Below are positions 41,102 through 50,448 of a stretch of DNA of 64,000 nucleotides, in pieces. The translations under genes were made by a program, and so were the position numbers. How positions within the stretch are numbered: the stretch's first letter is position 1; every line of letters starts with the position of its first letter. The DNA is from Gemmatimonadaceae bacterium (GTDB lineage Bacteria > Gemmatimonadota > Gemmatimonadetes > Gemmatimonadales > Gemmatimonadaceae), in the NCBI GenBank assembly GCA_040901985.1, contig JBBDYC010000019.1, positions 143,770 to 207,769 of the forward strand. The letters are read 5' to 3'. The notes beneath the pieces were generated by a model that saw only the letters and a list, made by a program, of their open reading frames with translations, made no database searches and was not told the DNA's origin.

Positions 41102-42387
41102 TGCGCGCCGAGGTCCGCGGCACCCTCCGGGCGGCGGGCGCGGCGCTCGCGCTGGCGCTCGCGCTCGCCGCGCCGCCGCTCCACGGCCAGCACCTGCTGA
41201 TCCCGATGGACGACGCACAGACCAATCACCTGAAGGCATACGGCGTGACCTTCAGCGCGCTGCTTGAGAACGTGCGCAGCGAGTGGCTGCTCAACTTCCG
41301 CGGTGGGAGCTTCCTCGTGCCCGACCTCGCGGCGCTCCGTCGCGCGGCGGCGCTCGCCGGCGTACACGTCGAGCCGGTGGATGGCGCGGCGATGGCGGTG
41401 ATCCGCCGCGAGATCGCCGAGGGCAATATGGACGCAGTGCCGCTCGAGAAGGCGCCCCGCATCGCCGTCTACACGCCCCCGCAGTCGCCGCCGTGGGACG
41501 ACGCGGTGACGCTCGCCCTCACCTATGCCGGCATCCGCTACACGGCGATCTGGGACGACGACGTCCTCGACACCGACCTCTCGCAGTTCGACTGGATCCA
41601 CCTGCACCACGAGGACTTCACTGGCCAGGCGAATAAGCTCCATCTCGGATTCCGCGATGCCGCGTGGTTCGTGCAGTCGCGGGAGCGGGACCTCGCCACG
41701 GCGCGGAAGTACTCGCTGGCCGACGTGCCGGCGCTCAAGAAGACCGTCGCCGACCGGCTGCGCGGGTTCGTCGAGCGCGGCGGCTTCCTCTTTGCGATGT
41801 GCGGCGCCACCGAGACGCTCGAGCTCGCCAACGCCGCGCAGGGGGTGGACATCGCCGGCCAGTTCACCGACGGTTCGCCGATGGACCCCGATGCCGATGC
41901 CAAGCTGGACTGGACGCGGGCGTTCGCGGTGGAGGGGGCGCGGCTCGAGTTCGCGACCGGCGTCAATGCGATGAGCGACATTGACGGGCACCAGGTGAAT
42001 GTCCCGTCCCGGCGGCAGCCGCTCGGGACCTTCACGCTGTTTGGATTCTCGGCCAAGTTCGACCCGGTGGCGTCCATGCTCGTCCAGAATCACCGAAGCG
42101 TGCTGCGCGACTTCTATGGCGTCACCACGTCGTTCACGAGGCGCACGCTCAAGCCCGGCGTGACGGTGCTGGCGCACGAGGAGGGGGCGCCGTGGGTGAA
42201 GTACATCCACGGCGCGTACGGGCGCGGGTCGTGGACCTTCCTTGGCGGGCACGATCCCGAGGACGCGCAGCACAACATCGGCGCGCCGCCGACCGACCTC
42301 GCGCTGCATCCGAACTCGCCGGGGTATCGGCTGATCCTCAACAACGTGCTCTTCCCGGCGGCCAGGAAGAAGCCGTTGAAGACCTGA
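41101..42387 (+). CDS. Exported protein with class I glutamine-amidotransferase-like fold (family often auto-annotated 'asparagine synthetase B')
   Basis: Signal peptide; LIPMD..QTNHLKAYG, PWDDAVTL, HLHHEDFTGQ, GGFLFAMC, GGHDPED. Confidence 0.65.
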   Translation: MRAEVRGTLRAAGAALALALALAAPPLHGQHLLIPMDDAQTNHLKAYGVTFSALLENVRSEWLLNFRGGSFLVPDLAALRRAAALAGVHVEPVDGAAMAVIRREIAEGNMDAVPLEKAPRIAVYTPPQSPPWDDAVTLALTYAGIRYTAIWDDDVLDTDLSQFDWIHLHHEDFTGQANKLHLGFRDAAWFVQSRERDLATARKYSLADVPALKKTVADRLRGFVERGGFLFAMCGATETLELANAAQGVDIAGQFTDGSPMDPDADAKLDWTRAFAVEGARLEFATGVNAMSDIDGHQVNVPSRRQPLGTFTLFGFSAKFDPVASMLVQNHRSVLRDFYGVTTSFTRRTLKPGVTVLAHEEGAPWVKYIHGAYGRGSWTFLGGHDPEDAQHNIGAPPTDLALHPNSPGYRLILNNVLFPAARKKPLKT

Positions 42388-44954
42388 TGACGCGGCAGGC
42401 GCGGGCGACCGAGGGCGCGGGCGGTGACGCCGTCGCGGACGGCGCCTTCCACGGCGAGACCGACCGCCTGACGCCGGGCGCCGCGGCGGCCATCCGCTCG
42501 GCGATCCGCCTCGCCGGCGGGCGCGAGGTCTGCTTCGTCTGCACGACGAACGACGCCGGCGTCGTGCAGACGGCGCGGGTGGCGGCGCGCGGCGACGTGC
42601 GCAGCGTGCTGGCGCTGCCCGGCTTTGCCAACCGCGGGGAGTTGCTCGTGCACAATCACCCGACTGGCTGGCTGGAGCCGTCGGGGGCGGACCTCGACGT
42701 GGCGGCGCGCCTGCACGACGACGGGATCGGCTTTGCGATCACCGACAACGACGGCGCGCGCCTCTACGTGGTCGTGGAAGCGCCGCGACCGGCGAAGCCG
42801 GCGGCGCTCGTGCCGGGCGACGTGGCCGGGGTGCTCGGCCCCGACGGTCCGGTGGCTGCCCATCTCGGCCGCTACGAGGATCGGCCGAGCCAGCGCGAGA
42901 TGGCCCGGTTGATCGCGCAGCTCTTCACGCGTGGCGGGATCGGGCTCATCGAGGCGGGAACGGGGGTCGGCAAGTCCCTCGGCTACCTCGTGCCGGCGCT
43001 GCGGTGGGCGGCCGAGAGCGGCGAGCGCACGGTCGTCTCGACCAACACGATCACGCTGCAGGAACAGCTGACGACGAAGGACCTGCCATTTCTCGCCCGC
43101 GCGCTCGACGACCAGCCGGTGCGCTTCGCGCTCCTCAAGGGGTGGCGGAACTACGTCTGCCTGCAGCGCCTCGAACAGGCGCGCGCGCAGGGGGCGGTCC
43201 TGTTCGAGGACGACGCCAGCGCGGACCTCGCGGCACTCGAGGCGTGGGCCGAGCGGACGACCGACGGCTCGCTCGCCGATCTCCCAACGGCGCCGCGACC
43301 GGAGGTCTGGGACGAGGTCGCCGCCGAAGGGGACCTCTGTACGCGGCTCCGGTGCCCGCACTTCGACGCCTGCTTCGTGTTCAAGGCGCGGCGACACGCG
43401 GCGCAGGCCGACGTGATCGTCGTGAACCACCATCTGTTGATGGCCGACATTGCCGTGCGGCGCTCGTCGGGGCGCTGGGACGAGTCGGCGGTGTTGCCGG
43501 CGTACAAGCGCCTGGTGATTGACGAAGGGCACCATCTGGAGGACGCCGCGGCGGCGCACCTCGGGCAGAGCGTGACCCGGCGCGGCCTCGAGCGGCTCTT
43601 CGCGCGGCTGGAGCGGCGGGAGAAGGGGCTGTTGCCGGCGCTGCAGCAGAAGCTGGTGGCGGGGAGGGACGCGCAGAGTGCGGCCAGCTTCGACCTCGTC
43701 ACGGCGCGGCTCATCCCGTCGCTGCAGGCGGCACGGCAGAAAGGCGCGGCGGTCTGCGACCTGCTCACCGCGTGGATGCGTGCCCAGCCGGAGCCGGTCG
43801 TGCGGCTCGCCGAGGCGTTCGATGACGATCCGATCTGGGCGGCCGGCCTCGATGCCGCGCTCGACGACCTGCTCGCCGAGATCGAGATTCTCGGCGACGG
43901 CCTGCGGATGGTGCGCGACCGGCTCGAGTCCGACGAGCGGCGGACCGAGGAGCTGGCCCCCCTGCTGAACGAGATCCGGGGTGTGACGCGCCGCCTGCAG
44001 GCGAGCGGCGACGCGCTCCGCGCCTCGCTGCGCTCGGACCGTGAGGCGCCATTGCGCGTCCGCTGGCTCGAACTCTTCGGCAAGGGCCAGAACGTCGGCG
44101 CGACCGCGGTGCCGCTCGACCTCGCGCCGGTGCTGCGCGAGGACCTCTTCCGGCGCGTCGAGACGGCGGTCGTGACGAGCGCGACGCTTGCGGTGGGCGA
44201 CGGCTTCGATTTCATCACGCGCCGCCTCGGCCTCGACGACGCGGAACTCGAGCCGGTCACCGCGTCGCTGGCCTCGCCGTTCGACTATCCGCGGCAGGCG
44301 ATGTTGCTCATCCCGAGCGACTTCCCGGCGCCCAACGTGGACGGCCCGGGACATCTCCGGCGGACGATGGACGCCGCGTCGGACCTGATTGAGTTCGCCG
44401 GCGGCGGGATCTTCATCCTCTTCACGAGCCATCGTGACGTGCGCGAGGCGGCGCGAACGCTGCGGGAGCGCGGCCTCGAGGGCCGACACCCGCTGCTGGT
44501 GCACGGCGAGGCGCCGCGCGACGACCTCCTGCGGAGATTTCGCGATCACGGCGATGCGGTACTCGTCGGAACGGCGAGCTTCTGGGAAGGGGTGGACGTG
44601 CCGGGGCGGGCACTCCGCGGGATGGTGATCGGGCGGATCCCGTTCCGCGTGCCGACCGAGCCGATGACCGCCGCGCACTGCGAGGCGATCGAGGCGGCGG
44701 GGGGCGACGCCTTTGCCGAGTATATGATTCCGCACGCGGCGCTCCGCCTCAAGCAGGGGTTCGGCCGGCTGATCCGCACCGCGACCGATCGCGGCGCCGT
44801 CGTCATCTGCGACCCGCGCGTGGTCACCAAGGGCTACGGCCGGCACCTGACGGAGGGACTCCCGCCGGCGGCGCGCCTCCAGGGCCCGTGGGCGATGCTG
44901 CGCGAGGAGCTGGCCGCGTTCTATCGCGGCGCTGGGCCGGTGACAGCGGGGTAG
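42387..44954 (+). CDS. DinG/YoaA-family Fe-S helicase with N-terminal JAB/MPN domain
   Basis: HNHPTGWLEPSGAD; EAGTGVGKS; four Cys (YVC..LC..RC..AC); IDEGHHL; SFWEGVD; LKQGFGRLIR. Confidence 0.9.
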   Translation: MTRQARATEGAGGDAVADGAFHGETDRLTPGAAAAIRSAIRLAGGREVCFVCTTNDAGVVQTARVAARGDVRSVLALPGFANRGELLVHNHPTGWLEPSGADLDVAARLHDDGIGFAITDNDGARLYVVVEAPRPAKPAALVPGDVAGVLGPDGPVAAHLGRYEDRPSQREMARLIAQLFTRGGIGLIEAGTGVGKSLGYLVPALRWAAESGERTVVSTNTITLQEQLTTKDLPFLARALDDQPVRFALLKGWRNYVCLQRLEQARAQGAVLFEDDASADLAALEAWAERTTDGSLADLPTAPRPEVWDEVAAEGDLCTRLRCPHFDACFVFKARRHAAQADVIVVNHHLLMADIAVRRSSGRWDESAVLPAYKRLVIDEGHHLEDAAAAHLGQSVTRRGLERLFARLERREKGLLPALQQKLVAGRDAQSAASFDLVTARLIPSLQAARQKGAAVCDLLTAWMRAQPEPVVRLAEAFDDDPIWAAGLDAALDDLLAEIEILGDGLRMVRDRLESDERRTEELAPLLNEIRGVTRRLQASGDALRASLRSDREAPLRVRWLELFGKGQNVGATAVPLDLAPVLREDLFRRVETAVVTSATLAVGDGFDFITRRLGLDDAELEPVTASLASPFDYPRQAMLLIPSDFPAPNVDGPGHLRRTMDAASDLIEFAGGGIFILFTSHRDVREAARTLRERGLEGRHPLLVHGEAPRDDLLRRFRDHGDAVLVGTASFWEGVDVPGRALRGMVIGRIPFRVPTEPMTAAHCEAIEAAGGDAFAEYMIPHAALRLKQGFGRLIRTATDRGAVVICDPRVVTKGYGRHLTEGLPPAARLQGPWAMLREELAAFYRGAGPVTAG

Positions 44955-44962
44955 ATTGCAGG

Positions 44963-45577
44963 ATGGCCAGACCCGGGAAAATCGTCTGCGTGGGCCGGAA
45001 CTATCGCGAACACGCGCGGGAACTCGGCCACGAGGTCCCGACGTCGCCGTTGCTCTTCTTCAAGCCCACCTCGGCCGTCATCGCCAGTGGAGAGCCGATT
45101 GTCCTGCCGACCGGCGTCGGCCGGGTGGACTTCGAGGGGGAGATTGGCGTGGTGATCGGCCGGGCGTTGCAGCGCGCGTCGCCGGCCGAGTGCGCGGCGG
45201 CGGTGCGTGGCATTGTCGCGGTGAACGACGTCAGCGCGCGCGACCTGCAGAAGAGCGAACCCCAATGGGCCCGCGCCAAGGGCACCGACACCTTCTGCCC
45301 GCTCGGTGCGGAGCGCACGGGAACGCCCGACCTCGGCGCGCTGACGGTCGTGAGTCGCCTGAACGGTGAGGAGTGCCAACGAGCGACATCGTCGGAGATG
45401 ATCTTCCCGATCGGCGAACTCCTCGCGTACATCACGGCCTCCATCACGCTCGACCCGGGCGACGTGGTCTCGACCGGGACTCCGGCCGGCGTGCGCGCGC
45501 TCGCGCCGGGTGACGTCGTGGAGGTGGAGGTCGAGGGGTGGAGCATCGTGCGGAACCCGGTCGTGGCCGCGTCGTGA
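44963..45577 (+). CDS. Fumarylacetoacetate hydrolase family protein
   Basis: KIVCVGRNY..HA.ELG, DFEGE, NDVSARD, AKG.DTFCP, TGTPAG. Confidence 0.93.
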   Translation: MARPGKIVCVGRNYREHARELGHEVPTSPLLFFKPTSAVIASGEPIVLPTGVGRVDFEGEIGVVIGRALQRASPAECAAAVRGIVAVNDVSARDLQKSEPQWARAKGTDTFCPLGAERTGTPDLGALTVVSRLNGEECQRATSSEMIFPIGELLAYITASITLDPGDVVSTGTPAGVRALAPGDVVEVEVEGWSIVRNPVVAAS

Positions 45578-46422
45578 AGCGCCCGCAGGCGTGGCGGTTG
45601 CCGACACGGCGCTCGGGCGACCCCCGTGCGTCCCTCGTCGGCCTGTTCGTCCAGCTCACGGTCATGGCGATCGTCGTGCCGGTGTTGCTCGTGCCGGTGG
45701 CGTGGGACTTTTTGCTCGACGATGCCGGTGGGCGGGTCGTGCCGGAGCGGATCAGCTTCATCGTGTCGCTCCCGACCGAGGGGCCGGCGCAGCGGGAGCC
45801 GGCGCGCGCCGGCGGTGACGGACGACCGCTCACCGAGACGCCACCGCCGGCCGCGCCGCCGATCGTGGCGCCGACGGCCGTGCCGACCGGTGTCGCGCCG
45901 GCCCCGGCGACGCCGGCACCCGTCGGGGGGCTCGGACCGCTCATCGGCGGCGGCGGGCCGCTGCGCGGGATCCAGCCCACGTTCACCGATCAGCGCCTCT
46001 GGGTCCCCCACGGCGACGTGGTCGCCACGCCGATGGTCCCGCTGTCCCGCGCCGACACGCTGCGCATCCTGCTGCAACGCCGGGCCATCGCGATGATGGA
46101 TTCGATCAGCAGCCTGCCATCGGATCTGGGACGGCTCGGCGACTGGACGGTGAATCGCAATGGAAAGAAGTACGGGATTGATGGTCAGTTCATCCGGCTC
46201 GGGGCATTCTCGATCCCGACGCAGCTGCTGGCGCTGTTGCCGATGAACGTCCAGGCGAATCCGATCGCGATGGAGCGCGCACGGCGGCTCGATTCGATGC
46301 GCGAGGAGATCGAGACGCAGGCCAACCGGTCGATCCGCGACGAGGAGTTCCGCAAGGCGGTGGACGCGCTGCGCGCGCGCCGGGAGCGCGAGCGCCGCGC
46401 GGCGGCCGACTCGCTCAACTAG
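45574..46422 (+). CDS. Hypothetical membrane-anchored Pro-rich protein
   Basis: GTG overlapping FAH stop; single TM then Pro-rich linker. Confidence 0.6.
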   Translation: MKRPQAWRLPTRRSGDPRASLVGLFVQLTVMAIVVPVLLVPVAWDFLLDDAGGRVVPERISFIVSLPTEGPAQREPARAGGDGRPLTETPPPAAPPIVAPTAVPTGVAPAPATPAPVGGLGPLIGGGGPLRGIQPTFTDQRLWVPHGDVVATPMVPLSRADTLRILLQRRAIAMMDSISSLPSDLGRLGDWTVNRNGKKYGIDGQFIRLGAFSIPTQLLALLPMNVQANPIAMERARRLDSMREEIETQANRSIRDEEFRKAVDALRARRERERRAAADSLN

Positions 46423-47092
46423 CGCCGGCGGGATCGCCGGCGGGATTGCCGGCGGGGTCGTCGTCGGTATCGTCGTCGGGGCGGGGCGCGGTGAGCCGGA
46501 AGACGCCGCTCAGCGGGCCGAGGATCGCGAAATCATCGCCGGGGCCGAGCTCGACGTCGTCGGCATCGGGGCGCGGGGCGCGCAGGATGAGCGTGGCGCC
46601 GCGATGGACCAGGGTCCGCGCAAGGATTGCCGCCCCGACGCGCGCCACCACCGGCGCCTCATCGGCCGCGCGCGCGCCCGGGTGCACGAGGAGCAGGTCG
46701 CCTTCGCGCACCGCGTGCGCCGGCGCGTCCTCCACCGTCGAGCGGACGAGGAACGCCTCGTCGCCGGGAAGGAGGGCCCGGTCGAGGGTCAGGTGATGCT
46801 CGACCACCAACGTTCCCCCAGCGGTGAAGCGCACGACGGGCACCGGCTGCGTGCCGACGCCGCCGGCGAATCCCGTGATCACGACCCCGCGCGAGCGGCC
46901 CGGCGTCCGGCGCACGTACCCCTTCGTCTCGAGCGACCCGATGAGGTCGGTCACCGTGCGCGTGGACGGGATCCGAAAGTGGCGCGCAATCTCGCGGACG
47001 CTCGGCTGATACGTATGCGTAGCGAGGAAGTCGATCAGGAACTGCCAGAGCTTGCGCTCGACCGGCGTGAGCGCGGCGCGCGGCGCGTCCAC
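46415..47092 (-). CDS. LexA-like repressor with degenerate peptidase domain
   Basis: LTPVERKL..QPSVREIA..LETKGYVRR.PGRSRG winged-helix; C-terminal S24-like fold remnants (GDLLLV, VVARV). Confidence 0.8.
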   Translation of the reverse strand: MDAPRAALTPVERKLWQFLIDFLATHTYQPSVREIARHFRIPSTRTVTDLIGSLETKGYVRRTPGRSRGVVITGFAGGVGTQPVPVVRFTAGGTLVVEHHLTLDRALLPGDEAFLVRSTVEDAPAHAVREGDLLLVHPGARAADEAPVVARVGAAILARTLVHRGATLILRAPRPDADDVELGPGDDFAILGPLSGVFRLTAPRPDDDTDDDPAGNPAGDPAGAS

Positions 47093-47093
47093 G

Positions 47094-48557
47094 TCAGCCG
47101 CCGGCGACCAGTTCGGCAAGACGTGCCTCGGCGCGCGCGATGCGCGCGACGGTGCGTTCGCGCCCAAGCATCAGCATCACGTCGAAGATGCCCGGTGAGA
47201 CGCCGAGCCCGGTGAGCGCGACGCGGAGCGGCTGGAAGAGCTTGCCGCCGGCGAGGCCCTTCGACTCGGCGAGCGCGCGCAGCGCCTCCTCCATCGCCGC
47301 CGCGTCCCACGTCGCGAGCGCGGCGAGCGTCTCCCGCGTGGCGGCGAGGAGCGGCCGCACCGCGTCCGCGTCCTTCCACTGCTTGGCCACCGCCTCCGCG
47401 TCGTACTCGATCTCCTCGCGGAAGAACGGGACGGCCTGCCGGACAATGTCGTCGAGCAGGCGGGAGCGGACCCGGAGGAGGTCGAGCAGCCGGTGGTACC
47501 AATCGCGGCGCGCGGCGAGCTCGTCGGCGGTGGCGAGCCCGGCGGCGACGAGCGCCGGTGTCACGCGCGGCTCGAGGTCGGCGAGCGGAATCCGCGACAG
47601 GTGCTGGCCATTCATCCATTCGAGCTTCTTCGGGTCGAAGACCGACGCCTTGCGGAGCAGTCCGTCGGCGCTGAACGCGGCGACGAGCTGCTCCAGCGTC
47701 ATCACCTCCTCGAACGTCCCGCCGGGCGACCAGCCGAGGAGGGCGAGAAAGTTCACCATCGCCTGCGGGAGGATGCCGAGGTGCTGGTAGTCGCCGACGG
47801 CGGTGGCGCCGTGCCGCTTGGAGAGCTTCTTGCCGTCGGTGCCGTGGATCATCGGCAGGTGGGCGAACTGTGGCAGCGGGACGCCGAGCGCCTGATAGAG
47901 CAGGATCTGCTTGGGGGTGTTGGAGATGTGGTCATCGCCCCGCATCACGAGCGTGACGCGCATCGCGATGTCGTCGGAGACGACCGCCAGGTTGTAGATC
48001 GGCGTGCCGTCCGAGCGCAGGATGACGAAGTCCTCGATGTCCTTGTTCGGAAAGGCGACGCGGTCGTGGACGAGGTCTTCCCACGCCGTCTCCCCCGCGG
48101 CGACCCGGAAGCGGAGGACAAAGGGCGCGCCGTCGGCGACGCGGCGCTCGACTTCGGCGGCCGGGAGGCGGTCGCAGCGGCGGTCGTACTTGAAGGCGTC
48201 CTTGGCGGCGGCCGCCACCTTGCGCCGCTCTTCGAGCTCGGCGCTCGTGCAAAAGCAGCGATACGCGTGACCGGAGGCGAGCAGGCGCTCGGCGTCGGCG
48301 CGGTGCCTGGCAAGGTTGGCCCCCTGGAAGACGACCTCCTCATCCCAGTCGAGCCCCAGCCACTTGAGGCCGTCGAAGATGGCGCGGGTGGACTCGTCGG
48401 TGGAGCGCGCCTTGTCGGTGTCCTCGATGCGGAGGAGGAACCGGCCGCCGGTGCTGCGGGCGAGGAGCCAGTTGAAGAGGGCGGTGCGCGCGCCGCCGAC
48501 GTGGAGGTCGCCGGTGGGGGAGGGGGCGAAGCGGAGGCGCGGCGGGACGGCGGTCAT
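47094..48557 (-). CDS. gltX: Glutamate--tRNA ligase
   Basis: RFAPSPTG.LHVGG, LRIEDTD, RGDDH, KLSKR. Confidence 0.97.
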   Translation of the reverse strand: MTAVPPRLRFAPSPTGDLHVGGARTALFNWLLARSTGGRFLLRIEDTDKARSTDESTRAIFDGLKWLGLDWDEEVVFQGANLARHRADAERLLASGHAYRCFCTSAELEERRKVAAAAKDAFKYDRRCDRLPAAEVERRVADGAPFVLRFRVAAGETAWEDLVHDRVAFPNKDIEDFVILRSDGTPIYNLAVVSDDIAMRVTLVMRGDDHISNTPKQILLYQALGVPLPQFAHLPMIHGTDGKKLSKRHGATAVGDYQHLGILPQAMVNFLALLGWSPGGTFEEVMTLEQLVAAFSADGLLRKASVFDPKKLEWMNGQHLSRIPLADLEPRVTPALVAAGLATADELAARRDWYHRLLDLLRVRSRLLDDIVRQAVPFFREEIEYDAEAVAKQWKDADAVRPLLAATRETLAALATWDAAAMEEALRALAESKGLAGGKLFQPLRVALTGLGVSPGIFDVMLMLGRERTVARIARAEARLAELVAGG

Positions 48558-48605
48558 CGCGGGGCGGTGGGCGGAAGCGAGCAGTGCAGCGGGGCCGGAC
48601 GGCCG

Positions 48606-48646
48606 GAAAACGAACGCGGACCCGACGAACGATCGGCGGGTCCGCG
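48606..48646 (-). terminator. Hairpin downstream of tRNA-Ser(GCU)
   Basis: 10-bp stem cgcggacccg/cgggtccgcg (48615-48646) followed by ttcgtttt on minus strand. Confidence 0.6.
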
Positions 48647-48649
48647 CTA

Positions 48650-48740
48650 CGGAGACGGAGGGATTCGAACCCTCGATACAGGTATAACCCCGTATAACGG
48701 TTTAGCAAACCGCCGCCTTCAGCCTCTCGGCCACGTCTCC
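48650..48740 (-). tRNA. tRNA-Ser(GCU)
   Basis: GGAGACG acceptor, GCGGT TTGCTAA ACCGT anticodon arm, long variable arm, GGTTCGAATCC. Confidence 0.96.
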
Positions 48741-48825
48741 TCTCGCAGCTTGTGGCGCTGGGAGAGGAGGAAATGTCGCCTGATGCGGCGAGTGAATCAA
48801 GGACGAGGAGGACGCCGCGCCGCTG

Positions 48826-49290
48826 CTACACCAGGCTTCCGCGACTCGGGAAGACAAACGTCCGGCGGCTGAGCTTCCCGTCGGCAAGCGCCCGCACGAG
48901 GTCGAGCGTCGAGATGATGCCGACGAGCTTGGTGCCTTCGACGACGGGCAGGCGATGGACGCCCTCTTCCTTCATCAGCGTCGCGGCCTTGGTGGCGGCG
49001 TCGTCGGGCGCGATGGTGCAGAGCGGACCGCGCGTCATCGCCTCCTCGACGGTGTGGTCGTCGAGGATCCCGTGCTCCGTCCCGCCGTCCACCTCGGCCG
49101 GATCGCTGGGGAGCGAGGCGATGAAGTCGAGCAGGTCGCGCGCGCTGACCATGCCGACGATGTTGCCGCGGAGCACCACGGGTGTGCCGCCGACGCCTTC
49201 CGACGAGAGGAGTTCGGCCGCCTCGCGGACGCTGACGTTTGGCGCCACGGTGAGGACGTCGTGGGTCATCAGTTCGCGGACCTTGAGCAT
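48826..49290 (-). CDS. CBS-domain pair protein
   Basis: VRELMTHDV..GTPVV..VGMVSARDL; HRLPVVE..LVGIISTLDL. Confidence 0.9.
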   Translation of the reverse strand: MLKVRELMTHDVLTVAPNVSVREAAELLSSEGVGGTPVVLRGNIVGMVSARDLLDFIASLPSDPAEVDGGTEHGILDDHTVEEAMTRGPLCTIAPDDAATKAATLMKEEGVHRLPVVEGTKLVGIISTLDLVRALADGKLSRRTFVFPSRGSLV

Positions 49291-49412
49291 CGTCTCTCCC
49301 GGATCAGGGGTCGCGGTCGACGGGCATCCGCCCAGTCGAAATACATCACCGCCGGCGGGCGGGGAACATCGGGGTCGGCCTGACGCGGTGTGAGGGAATC
49401 GCCCGGCGTGCC

Positions 49413-49441
49413 TTGCCAGCGCCCAACAGGCGTATTACCGT
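49413..49441 (+). promoter_or_regulatory. Sigma70-type promoter of sulfur cluster
   Basis: TTGCCA (49413-49418) - 17 nt - TACCGT (49436-49441). Confidence 0.5.
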
Positions 49442-49494
49442 ATCGGAGTATAGGGAATCAGCGGCGCTTTCCCCCCGGGACGAGGAACGCTTGC

Positions 49495-50448
49495 ATGCGG
49501 TACATTCTTTCGCGTTCGCCGGTCGCCGTCGCGCTCGCGGCGACCATCGCCATCGCGGCCTGCGAAGGTTCCGCCCGCGACCCGGTGGCCGACGCGCCCG
49601 TCCCCTTCGATGAGTCCCGCTGGACCGCCAAGCGCGAGGCGGACATCCCCAACGACTCGATGGGTGCCTCCATCCGGCGCGGCCTCGCGCTCCTTCGCTT
49701 TACGCCGGAAAGCCTTCCCCAGTACGCCACCTCGGGTCTCCGCTGCACGAGTTGCCACCAGGACGACGGCATCAAGGTCAGCGCCGGTTCGCTGACCGGC
49801 GTCCACGCGCGCTTTCCGCAGTACATGTCGCGCACCGGCGCGGTGATCGGACTCCCCGACCGCATCAACTACTGCTTCACCCGCTCGCTCGCCGGCAACG
49901 CACTCCCGGTCGGCAGCCGGGAGATGACGGACCTCCTCGCCTATATGGCCTTCATCTCGGAGGGCGTGCCGAGCGGTGTCCACCTCTCGACGGCGCCGAT
50001 GCCGAAGATGCCCGAGCAACACGACGGCGATGCGGCGCGCGGCGCGCAGCTCTACGTCGAGAAGACCTGCCAGACCTGCCACGGCCCCAACGGCGAGGGA
50101 CTCGGGCCGCTGCCACCGCTCTGGGGTCCGCGGGCGTACTCGGTCGGCGCCTCGATGGCGCAGATCGAGCGCGCGGCGAGCTTCATCTTTCACAACATGC
50201 CGCAAACGGCGCCCGGCTCGCTGACGCCGAAGGAGGCGTTCGACCTCGCGGCGTTCATCAACACGCAGCCGCGTCCCGACTCGCCGGCCAAGGAGTTCGA
50301 CTGGCCGCTCGGCGGGAACCCGTCGGACGTGCCGTACGACCTGCGGTCGGGCCATAAGGCGTACCGTCCGCCGACGTACCTTCCGCGCGCGACGCCGCAG
50401 CGCGCGATCGTGCCGGTGCCGCCGCGCGCGCCGACCGGTGGCCGATGA
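49495..50448 (+). CDS. tsdA: Diheme c-type cytochrome lipoprotein, TsdA (thiosulfate dehydrogenase/tetrathionate reductase)-like
   Basis: Lipobox IAAC; CTSCH and CQTCH; RINYCFTRSL.G with Cys ligand; PPLWG; NMP. Confidence 0.75.
   Translation: MRYILSRSPVAVALAATIAIAACEGSARDPVADAPVPFDESRWTAKREADIPNDSMGASIRRGLALLRFTPESLPQYATSGLRCTSCHQDDGIKVSAGSLTGVHARFPQYMSRTGAVIGLPDRINYCFTRSLAGNALPVGSREMTDLLAYMAFISEGVPSGVHLSTAPMPKMPEQHDGDAARGAQLYVEKTCQTCHGPNGEGLGPLPPLWGPRAYSVGASMAQIERAASFIFHNMPQTAPGSLTPKEAFDLAAFINTQPRPDSPAKEFDWPLGGNPSDVPYDLRSGHKAYRPPTYLPRATPQRAIVPVPPRAPTGGR

Noticed and set aside
41101..42387. Asparagine synthetase B call
   Set aside because: No N-terminal Cys Ntn domain and no SGGLDS motif; it has a signal peptide.
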